Positions 9,063-18,234 of a stretch of DNA of 64,000 nt are shown here, in pieces (position 1 is the stretch's first letter; every line of letters begins with the position of its first letter). The translations under genes were made by a program, and so were the position numbers. The stretch is from a virus. The stretch is taken from positions 1-64,000 of the IMG/VR virus record IMGVR_UViG_3300027917_000033; one strand, given 5' to 3'. The notes beneath the pieces were generated by a model. The model was given only the letters and a program-made list of their open reading frames with translations, ran no database searches and was not told where the DNA came from.

Positions 9063-9439
9063 AATTAAAGCATTTACATGAAGACGTTTCCGACGTCCAG
9101 ATCGTAATACATACAATATATGAATACTTGAGTGAACGAACTGGCCGCCCAAGAGAAGTGCCATTGTATCCATCTAAACCAGATATTGAAGGTACAGGCA
9201 ATGCAACACTTAACGTTTATAGTCCTGAAGGTTGGCTAATCACAACATTTGTTGTGAAGGACGGGACTTTTGTCTATGCACGAGGGCCGTGGGGCAGCAG
9301 AGTTCCTGGGGGACATTTCAACCTAGCGGATCCAAATTCGTTAGAAGAAATGAGGGAATTATGCTATAATATATACAACGGAAAGAAAAAGCGATCTTAT
9401 GGAAGAACACGACTAAGGCCTAGGCAGGGAACTCCTTGA
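9059..9439 (+). CDS. DPxS-motif family protein with MKLxxLxE leader
   Basis: MKLKHLHE; NLADPNSLEEM. Confidence 0.85.
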   Translation: MKLKHLHEDVSDVQIVIHTIYEYLSERTGRPREVPLYPSKPDIEGTGNATLNVYSPEGWLITTFVVKDGTFVYARGPWGSRVPGGHFNLADPNSLEEMRELCYNIYNGKKKRSYGRTRLRPRQGTP

Positions 9440-9821
9440 TATATTTCCATCCGACTTCAGCTAACAATCCCTTATCAATAATTTCGTCCATTATATAAAA
9501 GCAATCTGGGTTCGCCAAACTGACTTTCACCATGCCCTTTACCTCTTGATATCTATCGCAATCATCAAAACAATCAAACGAAGTTCTTTCGAGCCTGTTG
9601 CATTCACTGCACGTGAACGATTGCGGTATACCTATCATTAATTCGACTTCGTGGTCTGCTAGGCGTGTAGTGTCAAATGACTTTTCTATGTTGATTTCTA
9701 TTTCGTTTTCTTCTGTTTGAACCCAGAATCTGACAGTTCTGTCATATTCACCATAAACTTCAACGAATATCCTTTTATTTGATTTTAACCACTGCCTCAA
9801 TATGTCTGCACTGCCATTCAT
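9420..9821 (-). CDS. Divergent DPxS-family protein with Cys insert
   Basis: WLKSN helix; CSEC...CFDDC; SLANPDCF. Confidence 0.6.
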   Translation of the reverse strand: MNGSADILRQWLKSNKRIFVEVYGEYDRTVRFWVQTEENEIEINIEKSFDTTRLADHEVELMIGIPQSFTCSECNRLERTSFDCFDDCDRYQEVKGMVKVSLANPDCFYIMDEIIDKGLLAEVGWKYIKEFPA

Positions 9822-9824
9822 ACA

Positions 9825-10085
9825 TTAGTCGATACGCCAGACTCTGAAACCTATCACTTCGTAGTCATCGTTTCTAACAGTTCTGGTGGTGTATTTCTGG
9901 TTCTTTCTTTTGCCCCAAATAGACGCCGCACTACTCACAACACTGAGCGGATCTTTCGAATGGGCAACATCTTCAAGCGGAACAAAGAATGAGTCGCCAA
10001 CCCTCATTTTGATGAATGGATATTTTCTGTTAGCGCCGTAGTCTATTTCTGGAATTTCCTGTCCTTGTTCTACTTCGTATTTCAT
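9825..10085 (-). CDS. Small phage DNA-binding-type protein
   Basis: KYPFxxMxVGDSFFVP...FRVWR pattern common in phage small proteins. Confidence 0.6.
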   Translation of the reverse strand: MKYEVEQGQEIPEIDYGANRKYPFIKMRVGDSFFVPLEDVAHSKDPLSVVSSAASIWGKRKNQKYTTRTVRNDDYEVIGFRVWRID

Positions 10086-10091
10086 GCGTCC

Positions 10092-10700
10092 TCATTTCGG
10101 CGGTGGCCAGACTCCGTCTATTATATGATCCCTAATAGCCTCTTTTACAGTTAAGTATAATTCATCATTGATTTTGGCTGCCAATGATTTCGGTTTTTTG
10201 CGCATTATCTTGGCAAGCTTCTTAATAGTGTCATCCTCGATCTTATCATCCCACAATACCCTTGATTTCTGTTTTTTGGAGTCTGCTTCGCCATATTCCA
10301 TAGATGACGAATGGAACATAAAATAGGTATTTGGTGTAGCAAACCGTCTCTTCTTTGGACCAAATGCAACCAATTCTGCGGCTGCCGATTCAACTCTCCC
10401 AGTAGCAATTAAGTTGACTGGGCTCTTAGATCTGAATATAGCATCCAACATGACGTATGACTCATGTACTTCTCCGCCATCGGAGTTAATAAAAATGTTG
10501 ATATGCTCTCTGGAATCTTGATTCAATAGTACTAAGGACCAGATTAGCTTTGCTGCCATGCTGGCGTCTATTTCACCAGATAAATAAATTGTCCTTGTCT
10601 TCAGATTGTAAAACAATTCATCTCTGATATTGACAGATACCTTGGGTGCTGGAATTGTTACTTTAGTTTTCGGCTTAGTATCTGTCTTTTTGGGTGGCAT
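10092..10700 (-). CDS. clpP: ATP-dependent Clp protease proteolytic subunit homologue
   Basis: RTIYLSGEID, INSDGG, catalytic Ser (VESAA) and His (FMFH), EAI...IID; likely start MPPKK at 10700. Confidence 0.85.
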   Translation of the reverse strand: MPPKKTDTKPKTKVTIPAPKVSVNIRDELFYNLKTRTIYLSGEIDASMAAKLIWSLVLLNQDSREHINIFINSDGGEVHESYVMLDAIFRSKSPVNLIATGRVESAAAELVAFGPKKRRFATPNTYFMFHSSSMEYGEADSKKQKSRVLWDDKIEDDTIKKLAKIMRKKPKSLAAKINDELYLTVKEAIRDHIIDGVWPPPK

Positions 10701-10701
10701 C

Positions 10702-11697
10702 TTAATCCCAGTCTTTTTCGAGTGGCTCCGAATATGTAATATCATCCATTCTAATAGTCGGGATATACTGGCCTGCCACCTCAAGTTCCAGTATCCATCC
10801 ACCAATGACTGGGTGCAGCCCCAGCCGCTTCAAGAAAGTATTCTGTGATTCAAAGCACGGAACCATGTATGCTTTGACATCTAGATAATCGATGTAAAGC
10901 ATACTATGAAGATGCCCAGCGGCTAGAATCTTTGGTCTGGCTTCTGGCGTCAAACTCTCAATGAATTTCTGCAGCTTATAACTCAGGGCGTAGGATTTAC
11001 CGCCCATAGGGTGGTGCAGATACATCTTGATATCATCTGTCAGATTCACGTACGCACCTGCCTGACCTAAATACTTCATGTCGTTACGGGCATCGGCAAG
11101 AGCGTGGCCGATATCGGCCCCACCCCTCTGGTACCATGACAGATCGTGGTTGCCTGTTATGAAGTACGTCGTAATTCCGGCTTCATTTGGATAGTACTCG
11201 ACACCATACTCAAGAGCACTATCGAAACCGGCGATAAAAATTTCGTATTCTTGCCCCCGGTACACCTTGCCATCACCAGCAAAAATGTCACCTGAGTGGT
11301 ATACCTTGGTAACACCTGCATCAGAACATCTTTTATAAAAATCTTTTAGGTGTGTCAGTTGCTGGTTGTGGCTGCACAGATGTGTGTCACTTACCAGACC
11401 GATCCGATGCACGGTGCCGGATTTCAATTTGTGGTCGAAGATCTGGTCCTCTGGCCTGTCAAGATCAACCTTATGGATGAAATATCTTCCATCTTTGTCT
11501 TGTTCTACAGCGACGTTGATCTTAGCCAAATCCACCAACATGGCATTCAAGCCTTTAGGTGGCACATTCAGCTCGTTGCACAGGCCATTAAAATCGTGCT
11601 TTGGCTTTTCGAGAAGAGCAATGAGCTTTTCTCTTGGTGTCTGCCTCGACTTGGGCTTCGAGGCAGCTACGGCCTTCTTTCTTTTCTTGCTAGCCAT
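10702..11697 (-). CDS. Calcineurin-like metallophosphoesterase with N-terminal HTH-like region
   Basis: SDTH, SGD, GNHD, HP, GHLH motifs. Confidence 0.85.
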   Translation of the reverse strand: MASKKRKKAVAASKPKSRQTPREKLIALLEKPKHDFNGLCNELNVPPKGLNAMLVDLAKINVAVEQDKDGRYFIHKVDLDRPEDQIFDHKLKSGTVHRIGLVSDTHLCSHNQQLTHLKDFYKRCSDAGVTKVYHSGDIFAGDGKVYRGQEYEIFIAGFDSALEYGVEYYPNEAGITTYFITGNHDLSWYQRGGADIGHALADARNDMKYLGQAGAYVNLTDDIKMYLHHPMGGKSYALSYKLQKFIESLTPEARPKILAAGHLHSMLYIDYLDVKAYMVPCFESQNTFLKRLGLHPVIGGWILELEVAGQYIPTIRMDDITYSEPLEKDWD

Positions 11698-12579
11698 TTA
11701 GTCCTCCGAGAGGAAAACATCGAACCTCTTCAACACGTCGCCCGGGAGTGCTAATCTTATTTTGCCACTTTTGCATATTTTCTTTATAATAGGTGCAGAC
11801 CTTAAAATCTCGCGTCTCATAAAAGTTATATCTCTTTCGTATTCAAGTATTTTCTGTTCGAGATCAGCGATGCTCATTCCGACGTTTCTGCCGTATGCTT
11901 TTCTTTCAACTTTTTTGTGATCTCTTGGTTTTTTACTCTGCGTGACTTTGCTTAATGATACCTTTATTAAGTGTGGATGCCTACGATGGATGTTCGATAC
12001 GGCTGTTTTTAATTCATTCATAGCGACTTTCGGCCTGTTCCTGAACTTGTCAACGATGAGCATCTGGCCTTGAGGTTTTAGTGACCTAAGCAACCCGCCA
12101 GCATCAACTGGAAACTTGCCGTCGTCAATGAACATCTGTACTTCTTCGCTACAGTCATTGACAGCCATCCAAATCCTAGCAGCTCTTTCTTTTACACCGC
12201 ACGCCTTTGCTATGTCTTTTACGGGTACGCCGTACTTGTCATTCAAGATCTTAAGATAATGAGCTCTTTGGCTTGGGTAAAACCCTTGGCGGTGGTGATT
12301 GATGGTCAACCTGAGGAAGCTCGCGTAAGCATCGGGGCCCATCCCGTTTTGTGGCTTCCTTACAGATGCTTTTATTTTGTTCCATTTCAACCTTCTGGCC
12401 GCTTGTACCCTTCTACTACCATCGGCTAATATGTATTCGTTGTCACTAGCTACAACAATTACGGGATCTTTCAAACCTTCTGTCTCTAATGAGCTAGTGA
12501 TGGTGCCATCGTCTTTTTCTATACGACGATGCTTTAAAGGCACCCTGATAGACGCTAGATCAATGTTTCTGATTCTCAT
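11698..12579 (-). CDS. ParB/Srx N-terminal domain protein with HTH
   Basis: SLETEGLKDPVIV...LADGSRRVQA; DIAKACGV. Confidence 0.8.
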   Translation of the reverse strand: MRIRNIDLASIRVPLKHRRIEKDDGTITSSLETEGLKDPVIVVASDNEYILADGSRRVQAARRLKWNKIKASVRKPQNGMGPDAYASFLRLTINHHRQGFYPSQRAHYLKILNDKYGVPVKDIAKACGVKERAARIWMAVNDCSEEVQMFIDDGKFPVDAGGLLRSLKPQGQMLIVDKFRNRPKVAMNELKTAVSNIHRRHPHLIKVSLSKVTQSKKPRDHKKVERKAYGRNVGMSIADLEQKILEYERDITFMRREILRSAPIIKKICKSGKIRLALPGDVLKRFDVFLSED

Positions 12580-13462
12580 TGTTTGTCCAAAAAGGAGAAT
12601 AATCAACAGATGCTTTGTCTAGTAGCCGCCTTACTTCCTTTACCACCAAAGCATCTTGTAATGCCATAACGCTATTTGTGTACTGTTTTGTTACAACCCT
12701 CTTTTCTTCGCTCATTGTCCTTAGCTCATCGTTCAAAGCCCGCTGCCTGGCTTGAACAGCCCTGGTGGAAATACTATCAATCTTGCGAATTGACCTGACT
12801 TCTTGCTTTAACGATCTACCCTTGAGCCCTTTTTCAATAGCACGGTTTATTATTAATACCTGCTCTCTCATATTTGTAAGTTGTGTAATCGCCAGGGCGT
12901 CGTCTAAGCTAAATCTGCCATTACCGAGATGCTTCCTTAGGGCTGGCGTAGCGTGTTCTAATGCCCTCAATATACCTCTGACGGTCTTGACGCGCATATT
13001 GTATTTCTCTGCTATTTCATTGATAGAAAGCAAACCACGGTCAGCTTCCATCAGCTGCGCGACTTCGTATGCCGTCAACTGCTTCCTTGCTTCATTTTCA
13101 ATGAAAAACCTTTTGACCCTTTCCTTATTGTCTATCATTACGATTTCGGCTGGTATAGTTTCAAGACCGACTTCTTTGGCCGCACGCAGCCTCCTATGGC
13201 CCCACACCAACTGATATTTCCAGTCCTTACCCTTGCCACGCTTGCGAGCTTTCCCGCGTTTTCTCTCTTTAATTGGTGTAACCTGGATTCTTACCAACAC
13301 ACCATACTGTCTGATACTATCCTTCAATTGCTCAAAATCATCTTTTCTGGATTGGCGATCGAGGAATGGCTTGATTTCATCAATTGGTATATCGATTTCT
13401 TGAACCATATGATTCATCCATAATAGCAAATGAGATGCCTTCCATTTATATATTTGGCTCAA
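12560..13462 (-). CDS. ParB/Srx N-terminal domain protein with HTH
   Basis: LKDSIRQYGVL...LVWGHRRLRAA, ENEARKQL; start may be at 13408. Confidence 0.85.
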   Translation of the reverse strand: MSQIYKWKASHLLLWMNHMVQEIDIPIDEIKPFLDRQSRKDDFEQLKDSIRQYGVLVRIQVTPIKERKRGKARKRGKGKDWKYQLVWGHRRLRAAKEVGLETIPAEIVMIDNKERVKRFFIENEARKQLTAYEVAQLMEADRGLLSINEIAEKYNMRVKTVRGILRALEHATPALRKHLGNGRFSLDDALAITQLTNMREQVLIINRAIEKGLKGRSLKQEVRSIRKIDSISTRAVQARQRALNDELRTMSEEKRVVTKQYTNSVMALQDALVVKEVRRLLDKASVDYSPFWTNNENQKH

Positions 13463-13542
13463 AGTTTAAAGACGATATATCTTCTTGGCAAGAGAATACA
13501 ACAGAAACCATTCTTTGGTACCAAGGACGTATTTTAATTATT

Positions 13543-13935
13543 ATGGATGAATTATTACTAATACAAGATGGAATTAATCATAACTTGGAGCGCGGAATAA
13601 TAATTAATTGGGAGTCTCCACCATATATAATATGGAATATGAGAAGATGCGCAGGAAGTGTAATAATTCGCATACCACACATAATTATTATAGATGACTA
13701 TCATGGACTAAATAATGGAAAATTTGACATTCACGAACCAGAATCACTACAGAAGTCTGCAGCACTCATATCACTAATATGTAAAAAACATAGGGCTAGG
13801 ATCAAGCACGAGAGAATCAAACAGAGGAAATTGGACCGCAAATGGATAGAACCCCAGAGTAAGGCGATGAAGAGCATCATGAGAGCGGAGAAATTCAACA
13901 ATAAAAATCTTATACACCCAAAGCGAGGAAGATAG
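13543..13935 (+). CDS. Hypothetical protein with DPxS-like motif
   Basis: FDIHEPESLQK; likely start MDELL after gtattttaa motif. Confidence 0.6.
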   Translation: MDELLLIQDGINHNLERGIIINWESPPYIIWNMRRCAGSVIIRIPHIIIIDDYHGLNNGKFDIHEPESLQKSAALISLICKKHRARIKHERIKQRKLDRKWIEPQSKAMKSIMRAEKFNNKNLIHPKRGR

Positions 13936-14103
13936 AATACAAGATACAGCACTAGGTTAAATGGCTATTTTGATGCGATGACAAAAAGAGGAGCAAGCTG
14001 CAATTGCCGCAGCATGACGATTGGGATTGCTTGGATGATCTAGGGTCAGTTTGGTAAGGTAGCCAACCTCGCCAGGGCTAGAATCAGCTCACAAATATAA
14101 AAC

Positions 14104-14205
14104 ATGGATGAAAGAGAAAAAGTAAGCTGTTTCTGGTGCGCCGCAATAATCCTTTCCACCGTTATAGCATGCGTAGTCTTTGGTCTATTCGTCTATTACA
14201 ATTAG
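14104..14205 (+). CDS. Small membrane protein (33 aa)
   Basis: One hydrophobic stretch; caaatataa just upstream. Confidence 0.45.
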   Translation: MDEREKVSCFWCAAIILSTVIACVVFGLFVYYN

Positions 14206-14217
14206 CAAAAATAATTT

Positions 14218-14466
14218 GTGGACGAAGCCAAAAACCGCTTTGTATGTTGCGCTTGCAGACGCATGCAGACCAGCCTAGATGAAGAAGCTGCAGAGCTTAT
14301 TGGCTGGCGCAAAATAGACAATAAATGGGAGTGCCCTTTTTGTACTGGTAACACAGGAATGCTAGAAAGAATATTTGAAAATCTCGAAGACATGGAAGAA
14401 GTCTTTGGCGAAGATAACGAAGAAGATGATGACGAAGATGAAACTAAGGATGATTTAGATGACTAA
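14218..14466 (+). CDS. Zinc-finger protein with acidic tail
   Basis: CCAC...GW...CPFC; D/E-rich C-terminus. Confidence 0.7.
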   Translation: MDEAKNRFVCCACRRMQTSLDEEAAELIGWRKIDNKWECPFCTGNTGMLERIFENLEDMEEVFGEDNEEDDDEDETKDDLDD

Positions 14467-14773
14467 GCCATGGCCCAGATCAAAAACTGCAAATATTGGT
14501 GTTATTGCTGGTGCGCGCATAATTGATGGTAAGCCAAAAACCTCTTCAAGTACTATATCAAAGATATGCAATATGATGGATAAAATTGAAACCAAAAAGA
14601 AAGCATCAAAAGGTGATTATGAGTTGCCTAGATTGCCACCTAAAGGAATGCGGTTTGGACCGCCAAAGCCTCTCGGAAGCCACGGGGAGCCACAAAAGGC
14701 TCCGATTAATACCAGAATAGCCTCTAACCGACGAACGGGCAAGGGAAGCCAAAAGAAACACATCGAAGGTTAA
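14459..14773 (+). CDS. Basic low-complexity hypothetical protein
   Basis: K/P/G-rich ORF overlapping the previous stop. Confidence 0.55.
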   Translation: MTKPWPRSKTANIGVIAGARIIDGKPKTSSSTISKICNMMDKIETKKKASKGDYELPRLPPKGMRFGPPKPLGSHGEPQKAPINTRIASNRRTGKGSQKKHIEG

Positions 14774-14985
14774 ACGGAGATATCATCCCTGGCTATCAGT
14801 AACCCCTCTGGTGTCTTTCCGATTATCAATCCATATGATACTCTGAATTTTCTCCGTATTTCGTATAATAATATTGTACATGTATCGCAGACCGGCATGT
14901 TTATGCCGTTGCGCGAGATATAAGTAAGATCCTCTGTCAATCGTTGTATTGGGCTGTTGCACAAAAAACAGCTGTCTGGTTTCAT
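14770..14985 (-). CDS. Small zinc-finger protein
   Basis: CFLC...CDTC; coupled. Confidence 0.6.
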   Translation of the reverse strand: MKPDSCFLCNSPIQRLTEDLTYISRNGINMPVCDTCTILLYEIRRKFRVSYGLIIGKTPEGLLIARDDISV

Positions 14986-15380
14986 TCTTCTGGAATTGCC
15001 TGAATCAATTCTCCGAATTCTGCTTCTGGATCAAAATCAGCTTCATAGGCCATAGCAACCACACCTGGTTCGACACCTTTGGGTGTTGTCAAGCCCTGCA
15101 GTATGCACCTATCACTAACTTCCACTGCTTTAATGCACAGTTCTGTCCAATCTTTCATGTTTTTGTAATAGTACAACCCCTTATGGGGAACACCTTCTTC
15201 TACTATTGTCCTAACCTCAAGCACGCCGCTCTCGTTTGGCACCGCTTCGATGATATCGTATACGTTGACGTCTCCCATAATAATATTAAGAGATTTATAT
15301 AGATTATTCTTCCTGTCTATTACCTGGGCTATGATTAATTCATTGCCGCATAATATATTAGCCAGACCTGGATCCCTCAT
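14982..15380 (-). CDS. Hypothetical protein
   Basis: Part of a coupled minus-strand run. Confidence 0.65.
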   Translation of the reverse strand: MRDPGLANILCGNELIIAQVIDRKNNLYKSLNIIMGDVNVYDIIEAVPNESGVLEVRTIVEEGVPHKGLYYYKNMKDWTELCIKAVEVSDRCILQGLTTPKGVEPGVVAMAYEADFDPEAEFGELIQAIPEE

Positions 15381-15702
15381 CCGTGCTCTCCTTAATGATT
15401 GGGTTAAGCGTTATTCTCGCCATAAAAAGATCGCCATCAGTATAATCGATCGGATCGAGTTCTATTCTTCTGATCTCATCAATGTGTTTGCCGTCTATTT
15501 CGCATTTAAACTGAAATCTTCTGATATGTGATGGTTTTTGGGATTGGTCTATAGATCTTATCTTTAACGATCCGATTTCGGCATCAACAGATGACACTTT
15601 TGTCAATACTTCGATTCCAAATTCACGAATCAGACTCATGACGTCTTGGTATTTAGATCCTGCAGCTTCTCTAAGCTTGCTCTGAAACTCTAACGAGTTC
15701 AT
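15358..15702 (-). CDS. Hypothetical protein
   Basis: Coupled ORF. Confidence 0.65.
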   Translation of the reverse strand: MNSLEFQSKLREAAGSKYQDVMSLIREFGIEVLTKVSSVDAEIGSLKIRSIDQSQKPSHIRRFQFKCEIDGKHIDEIRRIELDPIDYTDGDLFMARITLNPIIKESTDEGSRSG

Positions 15703-15893
15703 TTAATCCTCCGCTTTTGTTTCCTATATATGTTAAGCACAACTAGCTTCCCATCTTTATCCTCGACCACTCTTGTAGTTAACCCCTGCTGCTTCGCGCC
15801 TTCGAAAGCTACCGTCTCTGGAGTCAATTTGAAGTCAAGCATTGGCATATCATGCCATTTGCCGCTATCGTCTTGGAATTGTGCTCTTTTCAT
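15699..15893 (-). CDS. Hypothetical protein
   Basis: Coupled ORF. Confidence 0.6.
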   Translation of the reverse strand: MKRAQFQDDSGKWHDMPMLDFKLTPETVAFEGAKQQGLTTRVVEDKDGKLVVLNIYRKQKRRIK

Positions 15894-16273
15894 ACTTTAC
15901 CCCGCTTTCTGTTTATTCTTTCTCTCGCCGCTTTCCTAGCGTGTTCTCGCTGGCACTTTACACATCTTTTTATTTGGCTCACGTTCTGTGGTCTTACCGA
16001 TCTATAATCACCACAATTTATACATTTTATACTGTATGTTTCGCCGTCAAATTCTAATTCAGTATCGTCTCCGATGTCTTTAACATATTCAATCGGGATT
16101 GTGCGCTGGTTACCTTCGTCATCATAAACATCAGCGAATAATCCACAATCGTTTTTGTATTCCCTTATGAAAATCCCAGTAAATCCTTCGACAAGCACCT
16201 CGATACCAACCACCTTTGTTTTAAATGTAGTTACTTTTATCGGATCACCTTTGGCATATGTATCAGTTGCCAA
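15890..16273 (-). CDS. SH3/KOW-like plus zinc-finger protein
   Basis: KGDPIKV strand pattern; CINC...CVKC. Confidence 0.6.
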   Translation of the reverse strand: MATDTYAKGDPIKVTTFKTKVVGIEVLVEGFTGIFIREYKNDCGLFADVYDDEGNQRTIPIEYVKDIGDDTELEFDGETYSIKCINCGDYRSVRPQNVSQIKRCVKCQREHARKAARERINRKRGKV

Positions 16274-16889
16274 GCAGCTTCTCCATCAACATGGTGTCTA
16301 CCACTGATTTCCATAGCCTGCTCTTGCCAAATTTGTCTTTGATTCTTGATTCAAGGTATTCCAGGTCAGTGTCATTTAGAATGCCCTGCATGTCATTGAT
16401 TGCTTTTTCTATCATGGCCTTTGATGCAAATTTCATCCCAGTACCTTGTGTCTTTAGCAATGATACGCGTGTTCCTTTGATATCAACATAGATTTCAGAA
16501 TTTTCATTCTTTTCCTTGTTCCACTTGACACACAAGTCAATGTAGTTTATTTCCCTTTTAGCTACTTGCCCAGGCTTCCATGAAACTAATTCTTCTTTTG
16601 CTACGATTGGGACGTTAAGTCCAACATCGACCAACAAGTCCATTTTTTCCGCAAAATATGAGTCATCAAGATGTTCCATGCCTTCTGGTTTCTTAATTGG
16701 TGGCAACCCAAGATAATCTCTCAGAGTTTTATGCTCTTTGTATTTGAATTTATTGTCACAATGAGATTCCCAATGCTTCAAACATAATGGGTACCATCTA
16801 TAATACAAAATGGATGTTTGACCATTGCAATGGCCGACGCAACATCTTAATTTATTTTCTGGTATGCGCTTCTTTTTTCTCTTTTCCAT
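16263..16889 (-). CDS. Hypothetical protein with N-terminal Cys/His cluster
   Basis: CCVGHC...CLKH; likely start MEKRK after gtatttaa motif. Confidence 0.65.
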   Translation of the reverse strand: MEKRKKKRIPENKLRCCVGHCNGQTSILYYRWYPLCLKHWESHCDNKFKYKEHKTLRDYLGLPPIKKPEGMEHLDDSYFAEKMDLLVDVGLNVPIVAKEELVSWKPGQVAKREINYIDLCVKWNKEKNENSEIYVDIKGTRVSLLKTQGTGMKFASKAMIEKAINDMQGILNDTDLEYLESRIKDKFGKSRLWKSVVDTMLMEKLLGN

Positions 16890-16913
16890 AAACGTTAAAT
16901 ACGGGTTACTGAC

Positions 16914-17261
16914 ATGAAGTGGCACGACGAAGAACTGGCATTGAATGGCACACCAAGCGATGTTTTGGCAAGTCTTATTGGCAAAGCTGATGTTAGCGAC
17001 GACAAAGTCGTTGTGTCACTGTGTGTGTATATTTCGCATATGCAAGAGACTGCATCAGTGGTATGGAAAAGTAAAACTATCAGATTGTGGAAACAGTTTG
17101 ATACTATCACAGCTGAAGACATATCAGATAAGTTCGCCATATGGGTTTCTAAGTTTCATAGCAGGACAAAAGATTTTCTTCAGCTCATTAGAAATTGTGC
17201 AATCAAAGCGAAACCAGATGCTATGAAATGGTTTATGGCTAAATACCAATTTTGGAAATGA
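16914..17261 (+). CDS. Hypothetical protein
   Basis: Fills the gap between minus-strand genes. Confidence 0.6.
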   Translation: MKWHDEELALNGTPSDVLASLIGKADVSDDKVVVSLCVYISHMQETASVVWKSKTIRLWKQFDTITAEDISDKFAIWVSKFHSRTKDFLQLIRNCAIKAKPDAMKWFMAKYQFWK

Positions 17262-18234
17262 CTAAGTTACATTTATCTGCTTCGTTATAATACCCAAACG
17301 CTTCGAACATCGTCTGTATCCTGCTGAGGTAAGTATGCTTCCTTATCACCTCTGATCTTAATTTTATAGCCTGAGCCTGTCTTTCCTCTGGCGACATTTT
17401 AATATATGTATCACATAGGTCCATGTAGTTATCTGGGTCTGTTGCTAGCGGTAGAGCGTCGGACGAGAAAAATCTGTCGATACCATGCACTGGGTCTGAA
17501 ACTGCAAGTGCTCCACTAGCTGCAACTTTGAATATCCTTTCTGGAATATCTATACCATATTTCGTGGTGTGTGGTTCTACAACACATGGACATATTTTGG
17601 CAGAATTGAACAGTGACTGCACCTGGCCCTGTGAAGCCTTTCCTTTCCATAAATCCTTAGGGCCACTCCACCCAAGCCAAATCGTTTTGTATTTCCTCGC
17701 TACGGGCAATAAATACTTGTCCATATTTATTGCCTTATATCCCCAGTATCCGCCTACCCAACCGACATCACAGACTAAATTTGGAACGGTTGGGCCAGGA
17801 GCATACAGCGTTGTATCAGCCGCATTTGGCATCCCAACAATGTCTATGTCATGGTCCCTCTTCCATCTATACCACCACTGAACCATATCATCTTGTAGAC
17901 CATATCCAAAAACAAATATCGGATTCTGCGCCAAAGTCCATTTTATCGCATCAGCACTTTCGTTGATAACTGGACCACCTGGAACCTGCATAACTTCATC
18001 ACAATACGGGTTGACATGGATGGCTACTTTTGCCTTGTGTCCGCGTGGGAGTTGTTGACGCCACCCAGAACAACCAATATAAATATCAGGAGGATTCCTG
18101 TCCCAGGTGTTTTGGTCGCCGTCCCATAGCAACGGCTTGTGGCCCATTATTCTTAACGCATTACACCATCCCTTCGCTATTTCAAAAAATGCGCCGGACT
18201 TAGAATTGGTTACAAATACGGTGAGTTTAGACAT
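17239..18234 (-). CDS. GT-B glycosyltransferase (CgeB/GT4-like)
   Basis: NAAD...DVGWVG, ERIFKVAASGA, HTYLSRI. Confidence 0.8.
   Translation of the reverse strand: MSKLTVFVTNSKSGAFFEIAKGWCNALRIMGHKPLLWDGDQNTWDRNPPDIYIGCSGWRQQLPRGHKAKVAIHVNPYCDEVMQVPGGPVINESADAIKWTLAQNPIFVFGYGLQDDMVQWWYRWKRDHDIDIVGMPNAADTTLYAPGPTVPNLVCDVGWVGGYWGYKAINMDKYLLPVARKYKTIWLGWSGPKDLWKGKASQGQVQSLFNSAKICPCVVEPHTTKYGIDIPERIFKVAASGALAVSDPVHGIDRFFSSDALPLATDPDNYMDLCDTYIKMSPEERQAQAIKLRSEVIRKHTYLSRIQTMFEAFGYYNEADKCNLVISKIGI

Noticed and set aside
454-9439. Diversity-generating retroelement behind the paralogue array
   Set aside because: No reverse transcriptase in the window; the 70-bp repeat pair is identical rather than differing at adenines
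454-9439. Integron-like cassette array
   Set aside because: Genes mostly overlap (ATGA) with no room for attC-type palindromes; no integrase seen
13936-14090. Possible small structured RNA
   Set aside because: Only 4-5-bp stems, expected by chance
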